Positions 51,053 through 64,000 of a stretch of 64,000 bases of DNA are shown piece by piece. The position numbers and the translations under genes were made by a program. Positions within the stretch are counted from its first letter, which is position 1; each line of letters begins with the position of its first letter. This DNA comes from Vicugna vicugna (taxonomy: Eukaryota). The DNA lies in NCBI GenBank assembly GCA_013265495.1, contig MU061814.1:5831684-5895683 (forward strand). The letters run 5' to 3'. The notes below the pieces were generated by a model that did no database searches, was not told where the DNA came from, and saw only the letters and a program-made list of their open reading frames with translations.

Positions 51053-51993
51053 CTAGGAGAAGAAGGGACTGAGGTAGCAAGTTCCCAGAACATAAGGAAA
51101 ACAGGCAAGGGGAGGCAGTCTGGAAGGGCCCCACCCTGCCCCTGGGTGGCAGCAGTCCCCAAGGAGGCACTGGGGGGTGGACCCTGCCTGTGGGCAGCAA
51201 CATTGAGCGGGCCCCACTGGGGTGGCCCAGCTGGCCCCAGTGCTGCGGTCTTGGGGGTCTCGGGGCCAGTCCTGAAGGGCACGGGCGCCCAACACTTGCC
51301 ACAGTCTGCTTACCCTGCAAGGCTACTCAGTAGGTGTCTGGTGCCCCCCAGAGCAGGGGATGGGGGCTCCACCCTGGCCTCCTGGGCTGTGACAGAGGCT
51401 CGCGTGGCCTCACGGAGACTGAAGTTGGTGGCTGTTCTCTGTGCTGGGTGAGCGTGATACCTGCACCCTGCACACAGGCCCCCAACGTCTCTTACCATAG
51501 CCGCCTGGCCAGGAGCCCCTATTGCCACCCCTCACTGGCCTCATACTGATTCATGGTTTCTGTACCATTTCACAAACAGCTTTTCCCATCCCTGGAAGAG
51601 ACCTTGTCTCCCACAAGACCAAAACCTCCAGGTGAAGGGCAACATGTGACTGACCCCATGCCAAGGTCCTGGCTGAGGGCTGGGCACTTCTCTGAAGGGA
51701 GGAAGATCCTGGCAAATATGAGATGGACTGCTGGGTGGGTGGGGGTAGGTGGGCGGATGAATGGACAGGCGGATGGACACATGGACAAATGGATACTGGA
51801 TAGGTTGGGGTGAGGTGGACCGGTGGACAGATAGATGGGTGGATGGAGACGGGGGTAGATGGTCCCCCAGAGAGTGTGCAGCAGAAGGGAGAGGCAGAGA
51901 TAACCCGGCCATGGATGGTCCTTGTCAGGGGCCTGTCCTCAGGAGGAGGTCTGAGGGTGGAGCTGGTGGGATGGGCAGATCATGGTGCCCTCA

Positions 51994-52206
<213 letters not shown>

Positions 52207-52736
52207 CTATGTGAGATCCAGTGAGGGGAGTGCCATCCACAGCACCAAACACGCTGCCCAGCCAGACCCAGGAGCCCCCGACCACAGAGTTCCAGAGCTA
52301 GGTCTCCCCTGGCTTCCCTGAAGTCCCCTCCATGTCCGCCTCCCTCAGTGTGGGCAGCTGCAGCCTGACCAGGATGAGCCCACCCTGCCGGGCCAGGGGT
52401 GTCCTCTGGCTTGGCTGTGCGAGGCACTGGGTCCTGGGCTCCACACATTCATAACAACCAGGCTCCACTCCTCACTCCCTGTTGAGTCAGAGTCCCTGGG
52501 ACACGGGCTGCCAGGGCCCCCAGCTTCCTGGCTGACTAGCAGAGAGCCTGGCCTGCTCCAGGCCTCGGGGAGGTACCTGGGAGCCCTCTAGGCCCTGGCT
52601 CCCATGGAAGATGAAAACTAACCCCACCACACAGGTGTCCCAGAGATGTGGCAGGTGGGCCTGGGCCACTGCCCACACAGTGTCTGCTGGGGGGGTGTTG
52701 TCCCTGGCCAGAGAAGGGGCTGTGGAGGCAGCCTCA

Positions 52737-53294
<558 letters not shown>

Positions 53295-53636
53295 CTAGGC
53301 CCCCGGGGCAGCAGGCGGCGGGCTGGGCAGTCGCCCTGGGGTAGAACCTGGGGTCTTGCCCTCAGGGGCAGTGTCTGTCTGTCTATGAATTCCTGGCAAT
53401 GTCGGATTGTCGAGGACCGTCTGTGTGCATTTCTGCCCACATTTGCAGTGTCCCCATCCTGGCCTGTGTCCGTGTGTCTGTGAAGGTGGCCCTGACAGTG
53501 GCCGGTTGTCCTTACAGGCATCCTCACTGGGCTGAGATGCCAGGAGACTTAATTAGTTCTTGGTGGGGGGCAGTGGTGACAAAGGTGAGAGGTCTCAAGC
53601 TCTGGCGAGGACGCAGAGGAGACCCAACTATCCTCA

Positions 53637-53942
<306 letters not shown>

Positions 53943-54133
53943 TCAGGACGGGACCCGGACAATGCTGGCCCGGCCAGCGGGTCCCCCTGGGCCGTGGGAG
54001 CAGCATATCACCGCGGAGAAGCCCCTCTGTCCTGCTGGGACCCTGGGACTCTGGACCCATCTCTGGAACGGGGCATACCCATGCCCCGCTGGGCCAGCCT
54101 CCGCCGCCTAAACGGGCGCCATTCGAGCGTCCA

Positions 54134-54147
54134 CCAGCAGGGGGCGC
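54134..54147 (+). promoter_or_regulatory. CTCF core motif in EEF1A2 intron 2
   Basis: CCAGCAGGGGGCGC is a full match to CCASYAGRKGGCRS. Binding is not shown. Confidence 0.55.
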
Positions 54148-55038
54148 AAGGGCCTGGGAGCCACTCTCGGAGAGAAGCCGCCAGGCGGTTTCGACCCCTC
54201 CCCCACTGCCGAGGGCTCCCCTTTATCTGAAGCCAGCCCCCCCCACCCCTGTGTCGGCTGACGACACCACTGGGTTTCAGACTGTCCAACCAAAAAACCC
54301 CTCTGTGATTTTTTTTTAAGGGAAAAAGAAAGACATGGGATGAGGCTGCAAGGAGGGGCCTGGCTTTCCAGCTCTTTCTGCAGCCCCTAAAGCGCCCGAG
54401 TGGCGCCGAGGCGCCTCCTCCCTTCCCTGCCCAACCTGAGCAGGGGAAGCAAGGCCTGGGCTGCCCTCTGCCAACACCTGTGCCCAGAGCCCACGAGACC
54501 CCAATGCCCAGGGCCAGGGCTGCAGTCAGGGCAGCAGCTGTGGTCACTGCCCAGCTGGACAGGGCTCTGCCCTCTAAGGAGGCTCTGCAGCCAGGGCCCA
54601 GCTGGACCTGAACCAGACACCCTGCTAACACCCTCAGCGCCCCTCAACACCAGCCCCGCAAGGAAGGGGAGACGTAGCTATGGGCCCAGGAGCACCCCCA
54701 CCCCCTCCGCAAGGCTCAGCCCAGGCCAGCCACTGCCCCCTCCTCAGCCCTGACCCCAGCCCTGCCATCATCCAGGTGAGAGCCCTCACAGCTCCCCTGG
54801 ACGGGCCTTCTCCTATGAAGGGACACAGAGAGCAGATCCCCACTCCGTGGACACTTGCCACAATGGATCTCGGCCATGTGAGAGGACCGGCTTCAAGAGA
54901 GGGAGGTCAGCCAGTAGGGCCCTCTTATCCTCACCAGGCGACCAAGACGCTGCCCTCCAAGGGCGCCATCCTGGATAAACAGCCTGCCCCCACCCGGCAT
55001 GGGGAAGTGGAGCTGATGGGCTGGGTGCCCATCGGTCA

Positions 55039-55719
<681 letters not shown>

Positions 55720-56973
55720 TCAGACGGAAGCCCAACAAAGACACTGCCCTGCACTGGCTGGGAACACACCCTGCCCACAGACCAGGCCCTGAGGTCTCCA
55801 AGCTTAGTGGGGGTGGAAGAGCCTCCCGAGCCTGTGCTTGGCCAAGCAGAGCCCGGTGGCAAGCCCAGACAGTCCAACTGCCCGCAGAGATACCCCTCCA
55901 CGAAAGAAATTCACCCCCATCTGGAGGGACCGAGAAACACCCGGCTGGGTGAGCCCCATGACCAGTCAGGAGCCTGCTGATGAGTCACCCTGCCCTGTCC
56001 CCAGGACTTGCTCCCCCACCCGGAGTCCTGGGCCAGGACACTGCACCCGACCCCACCCCACCCCCACCCGCAGAGCTGCCACCAAGGAGAGACGGTCAGC
56101 GTTTCCCACTCCCCATCCCGAGCAGGGACAGCGCCATCTTCCTCTCATCCCTGCCCGGCTGGCTGGCACCAGGGGAGACAGGCTGGATCAGAGCTCAGGC
56201 ACGGTGATGCGATGCCCAGATCAGGGGCCCAGAATAGCTCAGGCCCTCCCGGGATCTGGACGGGGGCAGACAGCAGGGCGGGGGGGGGGGTCCCTGCTCT
56301 GTCCAGAGGAGGGAGAATCTGGCCCCAACAGCCAAGCTCAGCAGACGCCAGACAGATGCCTCAGCCTGGTGGAATAAGGGGCCATCCCCTCCTCCTTCCC
56401 TCTGGTCACAGGGTCACAGCCCCTGCCCCATTCTGGAGGTTAGTGAAGAAACCTAGGCAGGCCAGGAGGGGACAGGTGGCTGGGGGAGGGAAAGAGGGCG
56501 AAAACCGTGCACCCTAGGGTGGGGACACTGGGTGGACATGCCGGCATGGCAGGGGGCAGGGTGGCAAGGACCCCTCGGGTCTCACTGCCTCCCTCTTCCC
56601 ACTCCGTCGACAGGGCACCCCCAGCGCCCACCTTTACCAGCCCCAGCGCTGACGACCCTGCCCCAACCCGCAGGGCCCCAGGTGGTCCCAAGGTCACAGC
56701 TCCAGGGCGATCGCAGCAGCCCAGGAGACCAGCCCCCGCGGCAGCTGCCGCGTAAATAAGCGCCCTCGCTGTGCCCCTACCCCACGCCCGGGGACTGACC
56801 GCCCGCGCCGGGTCCGGGAGTGCGAGGCCGCGGCCGATCTCCGCGGTGAGCAGCGCAGCCTCGCCAGGCGCCGAGCCTGGCCCCTCTCTGCCCCTAGGGC
56901 CGGTCCCCAGGGAAAGGACCCTCTGCGGAAAGCTGGGCGCGGGGGCGGGGACCCGGAGGCCCAGCGTCCTTAC

Positions 56974-57002
56974 CCAGAGCCGAGGTCTCAGCCAGAGGGA
57001 CT
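56974..57002 (-). other. EEF1A2: EEF1A2 non-coding exon 1
   Basis: tccctctggctgagacctcggctctgg|gtaagg resembles the human EEF1A2 mRNA 5' end as I recall it; strong donor; TSS approximate. Confidence 0.85.
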
Positions 57003-57022
57003 GGCAGCACCGGCGCCGGCGG

Positions 57023-57030
57023 TTTTATCT
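57023..57030 (-). promoter_or_regulatory. EEF1A2: EEF1A2 TATA-like box (AGATAAAA) within a CpG island (about 56700-57300)
   Basis: About 25-30 nt upstream of exon 1; flanked by GC boxes and dense CpG. Confidence 0.75.
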
Positions 57031-60000
57031 CTCCAGGAGGGGGTCCACCTATTGACGGAGCAGGCGCAATGCACTGCGCCCCTGCAGTACGGCAATGCGG
57101 TACCCGCGCGGGCGGGGCCGGGGGGCGGGGACGCAGGGATGCAGGGATGCAGGGAAGGCGGCCCGCGGACGCTTGCGGGAGCGGCAGGGGCGTGAGAAGG
57201 GGATGCGGCGAGGGAGCGAGCTACAGAGGCAGAGAAGAGCCCCCGAGGAAGGGCGGCGCGTGGAGACAAACACCCGCGGAGGCAGGGGAGGGGTGGGGAC
57301 CCGGAGAGGGAGACAGAGGGAGGGAGGGGCGGAGATGGAGAGAGGCACCGGAGAGACACACAGCCAGAGGCAGAGGACAGATAAAGCGGAGACTGAGGCA
57401 CCAGGCTCAGGCGCGTGGAGACAGGAGCAGTGGGCCCCACACAAGACAGAAAGACATTTTAATCATAAAAGGAGGCCCAAGGATGAGGCTGGTCCAGGGA
57501 GGGGGCAGGTGGGGCAGGGGAAGAACCGGTCAGGTCTGGGAGGGGGTTGCTGAGGTCGGGGGTCTGGACAGCTGTCCTGCCTGCGTCTCCCAGGGCCAGG
57601 GCTGGCCCTGCATGTCCTTGGTGCCTAATTTTCAAATGGAGCTGTGTTCTGAGACTTCTCCCGGAGGTGGCCTGGGGGTTCAGGCCGTCCTGGTGAGACC
57701 CCAGAATCGGCTTGTTTCCAGCACCCCTGCCTCAACGTACCTGCCGCACGGGCTCACCTCAACAGGCCCTCAAAGCCAGGTTCTCCCTATCTGCCCCATG
57801 ATTTGGCCCTGAACAGGGACCTCCAGGGTCCCCTCAGCTGGCCACGTGGCCTGAGGCGCCATCAGCAGGCCCAGTCAGACCACCTCCCTCAGAGGCCCCT
57901 GGAAAGAACTGTTTTCCACCCGGGGCCCCCCTGAGTGCAGGGAATACTTTAAGTCCACCCCGAGGGCCCACCGAAGTCTTCAAGGGCTGCGCTAGTCTGC
58001 ACGCATAGGCGAGGGTTCCCAGGGAAGCAGAGTTTGCCAGTGAAACAATCAGTTCCCAGATAGAGTTCCAGGCTGTGGCCCCTCGGCCTCCCTCACTCCT
58101 GGCCCTGGTGGGGTCACAGTGCCGAACCACAGCCAGTCTGTCAGAAGTGCGATGGTCACTGAGGATCCTGGTCATACCAGCGTAGTGGCCAAAACAGACC
58201 TTGAGGAGGGGAATGGGGTAGCGAAGACCAAGGCTGTGGGCCTCTACCAGGGACCTCTGATCTTGTCAGTTCACCCATGACTGCATCTCCCCGTGGCCAC
58301 CCCTCCTGTCTGCCTCAGATGCGGAGGACGCTTGCATCTTTTCCAGCTTTGTAACCACAGGGTCCAGGAGAGGGTTAGGCAGGGTTTAAAAAAATGTGTG
58401 TTGAGTGGGTGAGAGCGGAGGCCTTGTGCCTAGCACCTTCTGATGGGCAATGCCCATGGAGAGCCCCAGAGATGGGACCTCCACCAGGTCAGCAGGTAAA
58501 GACGGGCCCGGGGCAGTGGCTGGGGCCGAGCAGGTCTCCCCAGCCCATGGGGAGGGTCTCTCAGGGAGGGGAGGGGCCCTCCTTCCGGACTGTCCCAGAG
58601 TCTGCCTCACAGAACAGGCAGGGAGCAGCTTGCAAGGACCCAGCCCTTCCAAGTGCTGCTGATACCACCAAACGGGAGCCAGGGATTAAAAATAAACGCC
58701 TGCAGAGAAGGCGTGACCCGCCCCACCCTGCCCAGCTGGCCTCTATATTTACCACGTCCCCTCTTGCTGAAGGTTAGGCAGGATTTGGGAGTTGCTGTGA
58801 CTGGCTGAGGCTGGGATGGGACAGACCAAGAGGGCAGGAGGCCTGGGTCCCTGTGGATGCCACCCCAACTCCCCCCAAGGGACCACCAGCTGCCTGCAGC
58901 CTCAGAGGGTGTCTATCAGACACCCCCTACACAGGTCTGAGCCTCGCCTCTCCACCCCCTCACCCACAGCTGGCAGTTGGCAGGAATCAAACCGCAGTGG
59001 GGTGCCCGTGCCAGGGGCTAGTCTGTGCTGGGAGGCCCGGCTGCCCAGAGCAGTGGCCACTGCTGGTGGAATGCAGTGTACTCCCTCGCTGGCCCTGGCA
59101 AGGGGTCTCCAGTGGTTTCTCCAAAGGGCCTCTGTGTCCCCAGGACGTGCCCATCAGCTGGACTGCCTCCGGGGCCCCGGGAGTCCAGGCCGCTGGGCCA
59201 TCTGGAGACACTTGGGCTCATGCAGGCAGTGAGACTAAGGAAGGTATGATGCTAAATACTGACACACCAGCAGTGCTCACCTACTAACCGAGGCATGGCA
59301 CAAGTAACTGGTCAGCAGCTCCTAACCACTGCGTCATATAAATAACTAGCAGACAGCTGCCACCACTGCGTGGTGCAAATAACTGCTAAACAGCTACTAA
59401 CTACGAAGTAGCACTTGATGTCTACTAGCGACTGATTCGTACTTAGTAACTAGTGAATAGTACTAACTTACTGCTAGTCACTAACTAGTACTGAATAACT
59501 ACTAACTACTAAGCAATACCGCTTACTGCGTCAGGTACTGAATTGCCACGGTCACCAAGCCTTGCAAGTTCGCCGAGTGCCGGGGGGTCCCCCAGGCAGC
59601 CTGAGGACCCGTGGGCCAAGAGCCAGCTGGACACAGAGAGGCAAAGCACAGCGCCCAAGGCCACAGAGCAAGGAGGCCGGGCTTGCAGCTGGCTCGGAGG
59701 GCCTGAGCCAGGCCCCTGTTACTTCCAAACGAGCCCTCCAGGGCCCCACCCGGGCTCTGCCCCTCCCCAAGGTCAGGCTCCGCCACCCCAGCCACAGCGG
59801 CTTTCTCCCACGTCTGAGCCAATGGGCACAGCGGCCCCAAGCAGCCCAGGGCACGGGCGGTGGAATGGGGGGGGGGTCCAGCCAACCAGGCTAGGGCAGC
59901 CTCCCAGCACGAAGGGTGCAGGCCCCGCCCCACCTCCTTGGCCCCGCCCCGTAGCTCCCAGGCCCAGCCGCGAGCGGTTAGGGGCAACACAGGCAGCCCC

Positions 60001-61519
60001 CTCTTGGCTGGACTGCGGGGGTTTCACGAGCCTGGGGAAAGAAGATCCAGCTAAAATTAACCGTTATCAAGCTGTCAGCCCTGGAAATAAACCCGCCTTC
60101 CATTGGCTACGAGTGATGTCACCGCGGACCAGGTTAATAATAACCTGCCAATGCAGAGCTTTCTACCTGTGCCGCCTTCCTGGGGGCCGTGGCCAGCAGG
60201 TGGGGCTTGGGGGCGGGGTGTCTCAGAATGACCTCACCTCTGGCCTTGGGCCGCGGGCTGCCCTCTGACCCCTAAGCATCAGGTGCACATCCTCACATGT
60301 GGGTCAGTCTCCCAGCCTGCCTGGGCAGCAGGACCTCAGATGGCCTCAGAGGCACGTTCCCTGACCCCAGCTCTCCAGCCCAGGGGTCTGAGCTGCCCTT
60401 GAGGCAGAAAATTAAGTGGTCTCCATGGCAAAGAAGAGCTCTTGGCTATAGAGCTGCCCTCAGAAAAGCGAGGTCACGACCCCTAATCAGAGAAGGGGGG
60501 CTGGGCTGGGTGGGGCGGGGCCATGTGCACACTAGCTGGACCCAAGGCCAGTCAAGGCTGCACAGCCTGCCGGCGCTGTGCTCAGTCCCTGGGCCAAATG
60601 AAATGGGGAGCTGGGGTGACTTACTGGACAATCCAGGCTCCCAAACACTCCACCCTCCCAGACACAGTGTCTGGGAGGGTATGAGGCCGACCTGAGTCAC
60701 CTAGGGAAGGAAGCCTGGAGAGGGGCTCACAGCTCCTCAGAGAGGGGGAGGGGCTGCCTGGCCTGCCCCACCCCCAGCCGCGCTGGGGCCACCTGTACCT
60801 GCAGTGCTGAAGGAGTAGGTGGCCCCTGCGGGCTCCTCCCCAGGCCCTCACCCCACAGGAGCCCTCAGACGTCTGAGTGCAGCCCTGCTCACAACCACAG
60901 GCCGCCACCGGCTTCTAGGGAGCAGAGAGGGGGTCTGGTGGGCCGGCGCCCAGGGCCAGGGGCTCCAGCCTGGAGCTAAGAGGAAGGAGCGGCCAGGCTC
61001 CCCATTTGGTCCATTGCAGGCTGGGAGGCCAACCAGAGATGGGGGTGGGGGGCGCTGCGGCTGGATCCAGATGCCCTGGCACTGGCACCGCCCTGGAGCC
61101 CTGGAGTGGGGGAGGCGAGGCCTCAGCACTCAGCCAGCCTCCCCACCCCCAAGTTCAAGGGGTGCATCTCCAGGCAGGAGTTGCCCAGGGGAACGTGAAG
61201 CTCGTTAGCATCTCCCAGCCCGTGTTTTCTCCTCTCTGAACGGAGCTCCCCTCAACTGGGCATTTGGGAATAACCCGGCCTGGGGAGCCCCACAGACGCT
61301 GGGGCCTCTTGGGATGGGCTGATGCCAGAGATGGCGGGCGGGGCAAAGGATGGGAGGGAGACTGAGGGGGACAGTGCCCCAGCTTGTCCCTGAACAGACC
61401 TAGAGACCTACAAATGTGCCCCGCCCCCAAGTCGGGAAACAGCCCCGCCCTCCCGCCCTTGAGAGCACCGCTACCTTGGCTCCTGCCGCGCAGACAGCGC
61501 CGCCTGCTTGAGCGCTGCG

Positions 61520-64000
61520 GGGATAGTGTGCATGGTGTGTATCCTCTGGGCGGTTTCCCTCACCTGCCATCATGCTGACGGCTGTGCCCAGGCTGCTGCG
61601 CTGGGGAGCTGTTAGTTTATTTTTGCTGCTGGGTGTCATTCCACTTCCAGCTTGGGGCTACAGCCAATAAAGCTGCTCGGAACCTCCCTGCGTCCCACCT
61701 GTGTGCGTATTTCCATTTGCCGCACACACAGCTGTATGTACATCACGCCAGTCTGCCATTCACTGCCTCTTGGCTGTAAGATCCCCCTGTGATACCTGGT
61801 CAGTGACACCGAACAAAATCATGGTGGGCATTCCTCCTTTACAGCGAGCAGGTCTATTTTCGCAGAGCAGGCAATGACAGGTGAATTTGCAGCCAAGAGG
61901 AAACGGATAGCTGGTGTTCTTCCTCGACAAAGAGGAAATTGTCCTATTGTTTTGCATGTCTGACGATTTGGGGCTGCATACTGAGCATCCTGTGAAGACC
62001 CCGGTCCCGACTCCTCCGGACTCCTTGGGAGACCGCTGCTTCGCGTCCCAGCGGCTGTTTGTGCTCATGCGCTGCTGCTGACCTGGGAACCTCGAAGTGC
62101 CTCCCAGGCCCTCGACTCGGTGACACTCAGACTCCAGTCTCTGCCCCCGCAAAGCTCTCTGCGGGACTCAGCTGTAACTTTCTTCGGTCGGGCCCGGGGT
62201 AGGCGTTGCTCTGGGTTGTAGCCTTTGCTCCTAAGAAGTAAGCAAGCAGGTCTCTCCCCTCTGGCTGGGCCCGAGCGTGGGGGCTGCCGCGTACGCGTCG
62301 TCGTTCAGTTGTACCACCGTCTCGTCACCACCTTCCAGTTGATGGGCATTCGAGTTGTTTCTTCTTTTTAGCTAGGAGGGACGGTGCTGCCACGCCAGTC
62401 CTGTCCGAGCTTTCTCGCTGGGTATCTTCGTCTTTCCTGGGTGGACATCTAGGAACAGAACTCCTGGGTCTTTTGGTGCCTGTGACCTTTCAAGAAACTG
62501 CCAGACGGCTTCCCACAGCGGCTGCACCTTTTCACGTCCCCGGCGGCCGGGCGGGAGGGCTCCAGCACCTCCACAGCCTCACCGGCACTCGCGACTGGTC
62601 TGTGCTTTTGATCAGAGTTCGTCTGTGAGTGTGAAGTGGCGTCTCGCTGTGGTTTGATCTGCATTTCCCTGAAGACTGACGATGCTGAGCGTCGTTCCGC
62701 ACGTGTGGCCATCTGTGTACCTCCTCTGGAGAAGCGTCCGTTCGGACCCTTAGCCCGATTCTAAGTGGCTTGTTTATTCTCTCAGCACTGAGCTTTGAGG
62801 GCTCTTTGTGTCTTCCGGATACAAGTCCTTTGCAAGTATTTTCTCCCCGTCTGTGGCTTGTCTTTTTATTTACTTAACAGCCATTCATAGTACCAAAGCT
62901 TTCAATTTTGATGAAGTCTGATGCACCCACCTTTTTTCTTGCGTGGGATGATCCACTGACACTGGCAAACCCCCAGGTTTAGGACCTACGGCTTCAAAAA
63001 TTTCGCTGAGATTTTTATCAAAACTGTATGAAATCTGGACGTCAGTTTGGAGGGAACGGGTGTCTGTTCTGCTGTGTTTCCACTCACTTAGGCCTTCTTT
63101 GATTTCTTTCATTAGCAGTTAGTTCTCGGCGTGCGGACCCTAGACATGTTTTGTAAGGTTTATACTTAAGTGTTTCATAGCAGAGGGTAGCCATTATAAA
63201 CGGTATTTTTAAAATTTCTGCTTCTCACTGTAAATCACTAGTGTGTAAGGACACGGTTGGTTTTTGTGTGCTGACTTTGTATCTTGCTAATCTCATTTGC
63301 TCAGTTAGTCTTTTTGTGGGTTCCTTGATGACGGGCCACCATGTTGTCTGTGAAGAGGCACAGTTTCGTTCCTCACTTTTGATCTATGTGCCCCCTGTGT
63401 CTTTCTCTTGCCCCACCGTACTGCCTAAGGCTTCCGGGGGGTGCTGGGTAAGCCTAGCGAGAGAGCCCCGCCCCGGGAGGGAGCCTGTCTTTCTCCCTCA
63501 AGCACACGTGGCCTTGCTCACTGGGAGCTGGCTGGTGTGAGCTCTCCACTGACGCTCTTTACAAGATCGAGGACGCCCTTTTCCCTTCCTGGCTTGCTGA
63601 GTTTTCATCGTGAGTGGGCCTACCAAAGCTCATTGCCCATCATTTGACAGGCGTGCTCACGGCTGCCAGCTGGTGCATTTCCACAAGCACTGCTTTAAAG
63701 CCTCCGTCGGGTCCCCGCAGCGTCAGGGTTCGTCCCTCCAGTGCCACTTCCTGGGGTTTTCCTGGTGCTTTTATGCCGAGCGATTTAGCTCTTATCCCGA
63801 AGTTCAGTGTTTCTGAAGAGTGAACACTCTGTGGTTTGCTGTACACCTTGAGCTGAATTCCAGGGCACTGAGATGCTCGTTTCTGACAGTTTCTCCAAGG
63901 CTCCTATTTGCTTTTCGGAGAGGGAGTTTTTTGACCTCCTCACTCCTTCGTGCTGGGAATCTGTAGTATCCCTTACTACACGACTCACCTTTTCCTGCTC
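61520..64000 (-). mobile_element. Old L1M cluster (3'UTR plus ORF2 3' half, interrupted), continuing past the window end
   Basis: Antisense L1 motifs: ccagcttggggctacagccaataaagctgct, gtggtttgatctgcatttccctgaag, ttttctccccgtctgtggcttgtcttttt, gcttgctgagttttcatcgtgagtggg. Confidence 0.85.

Noticed and set aside
63785-63988. Short ORFs in the right-end region
   Set aside because: Frameshifted remnants of L1 ORF2, not genes. PPDPF is expected further right and was not seen.

Overview
This is GC-rich eutherian mammal genomic DNA. It looks non-primate: I see no Alu, B1/B2 or other young SINE, and KCNQ2 carries non-human residues (SGLTFR, KEPQPEPSP). The window is syntenic with human 20q13.33. Two multi-exon genes lie in tandem on the minus strand. 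(1) The 5' two-thirds of KCNQ2 (Kv7.2 M-channel): exons 2-12 were located with canonical AG/GT boundaries and the exon lengths I recall for human (91,127,176,126,111,96,95,30,69,30,54 nt). Coding exon 1 falls inside a 332-bp N gap (36724-37055), flanked by recognisable 5'UTR. Exon 13 onward lies left of the window. (2) A complete EEF1A2: non-coding exon 1 plus 7 coding exons, 1392 nt, 463 aa, TATA-like box and AATAAA. The rest is intron or intergenic sequence with old, GC-shifted repeats (two-LTR MLT1 MaLR provirus, L1M, L2, MIR, MER20, MER53). Nearly all ORF-track entries are GC-content artefacts or exon-plus-intron read-throughs. Best leads: a cluster of perfect AT-rich hairpins next to an unannotated-looking stop-containing exon upstream of KCNQ2 alternative exon 12; a 21-codon uORF behind a (GCC)9 tract in the KCNQ2 5'UTR; a back-to-back RE1/REST half-site pair with a MEF2 site upstream of KCNQ2; a TACTAAC (QKI/SF1) cluster upstream of EEF1A2; a 138-nt AG-free zone before microexon 9; MEF2/ERR motifs around EEF1A2. 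All comparisons to human sequence and repeat consensi are from memory, not from searches. No thermodynamic or alignment computation was run.
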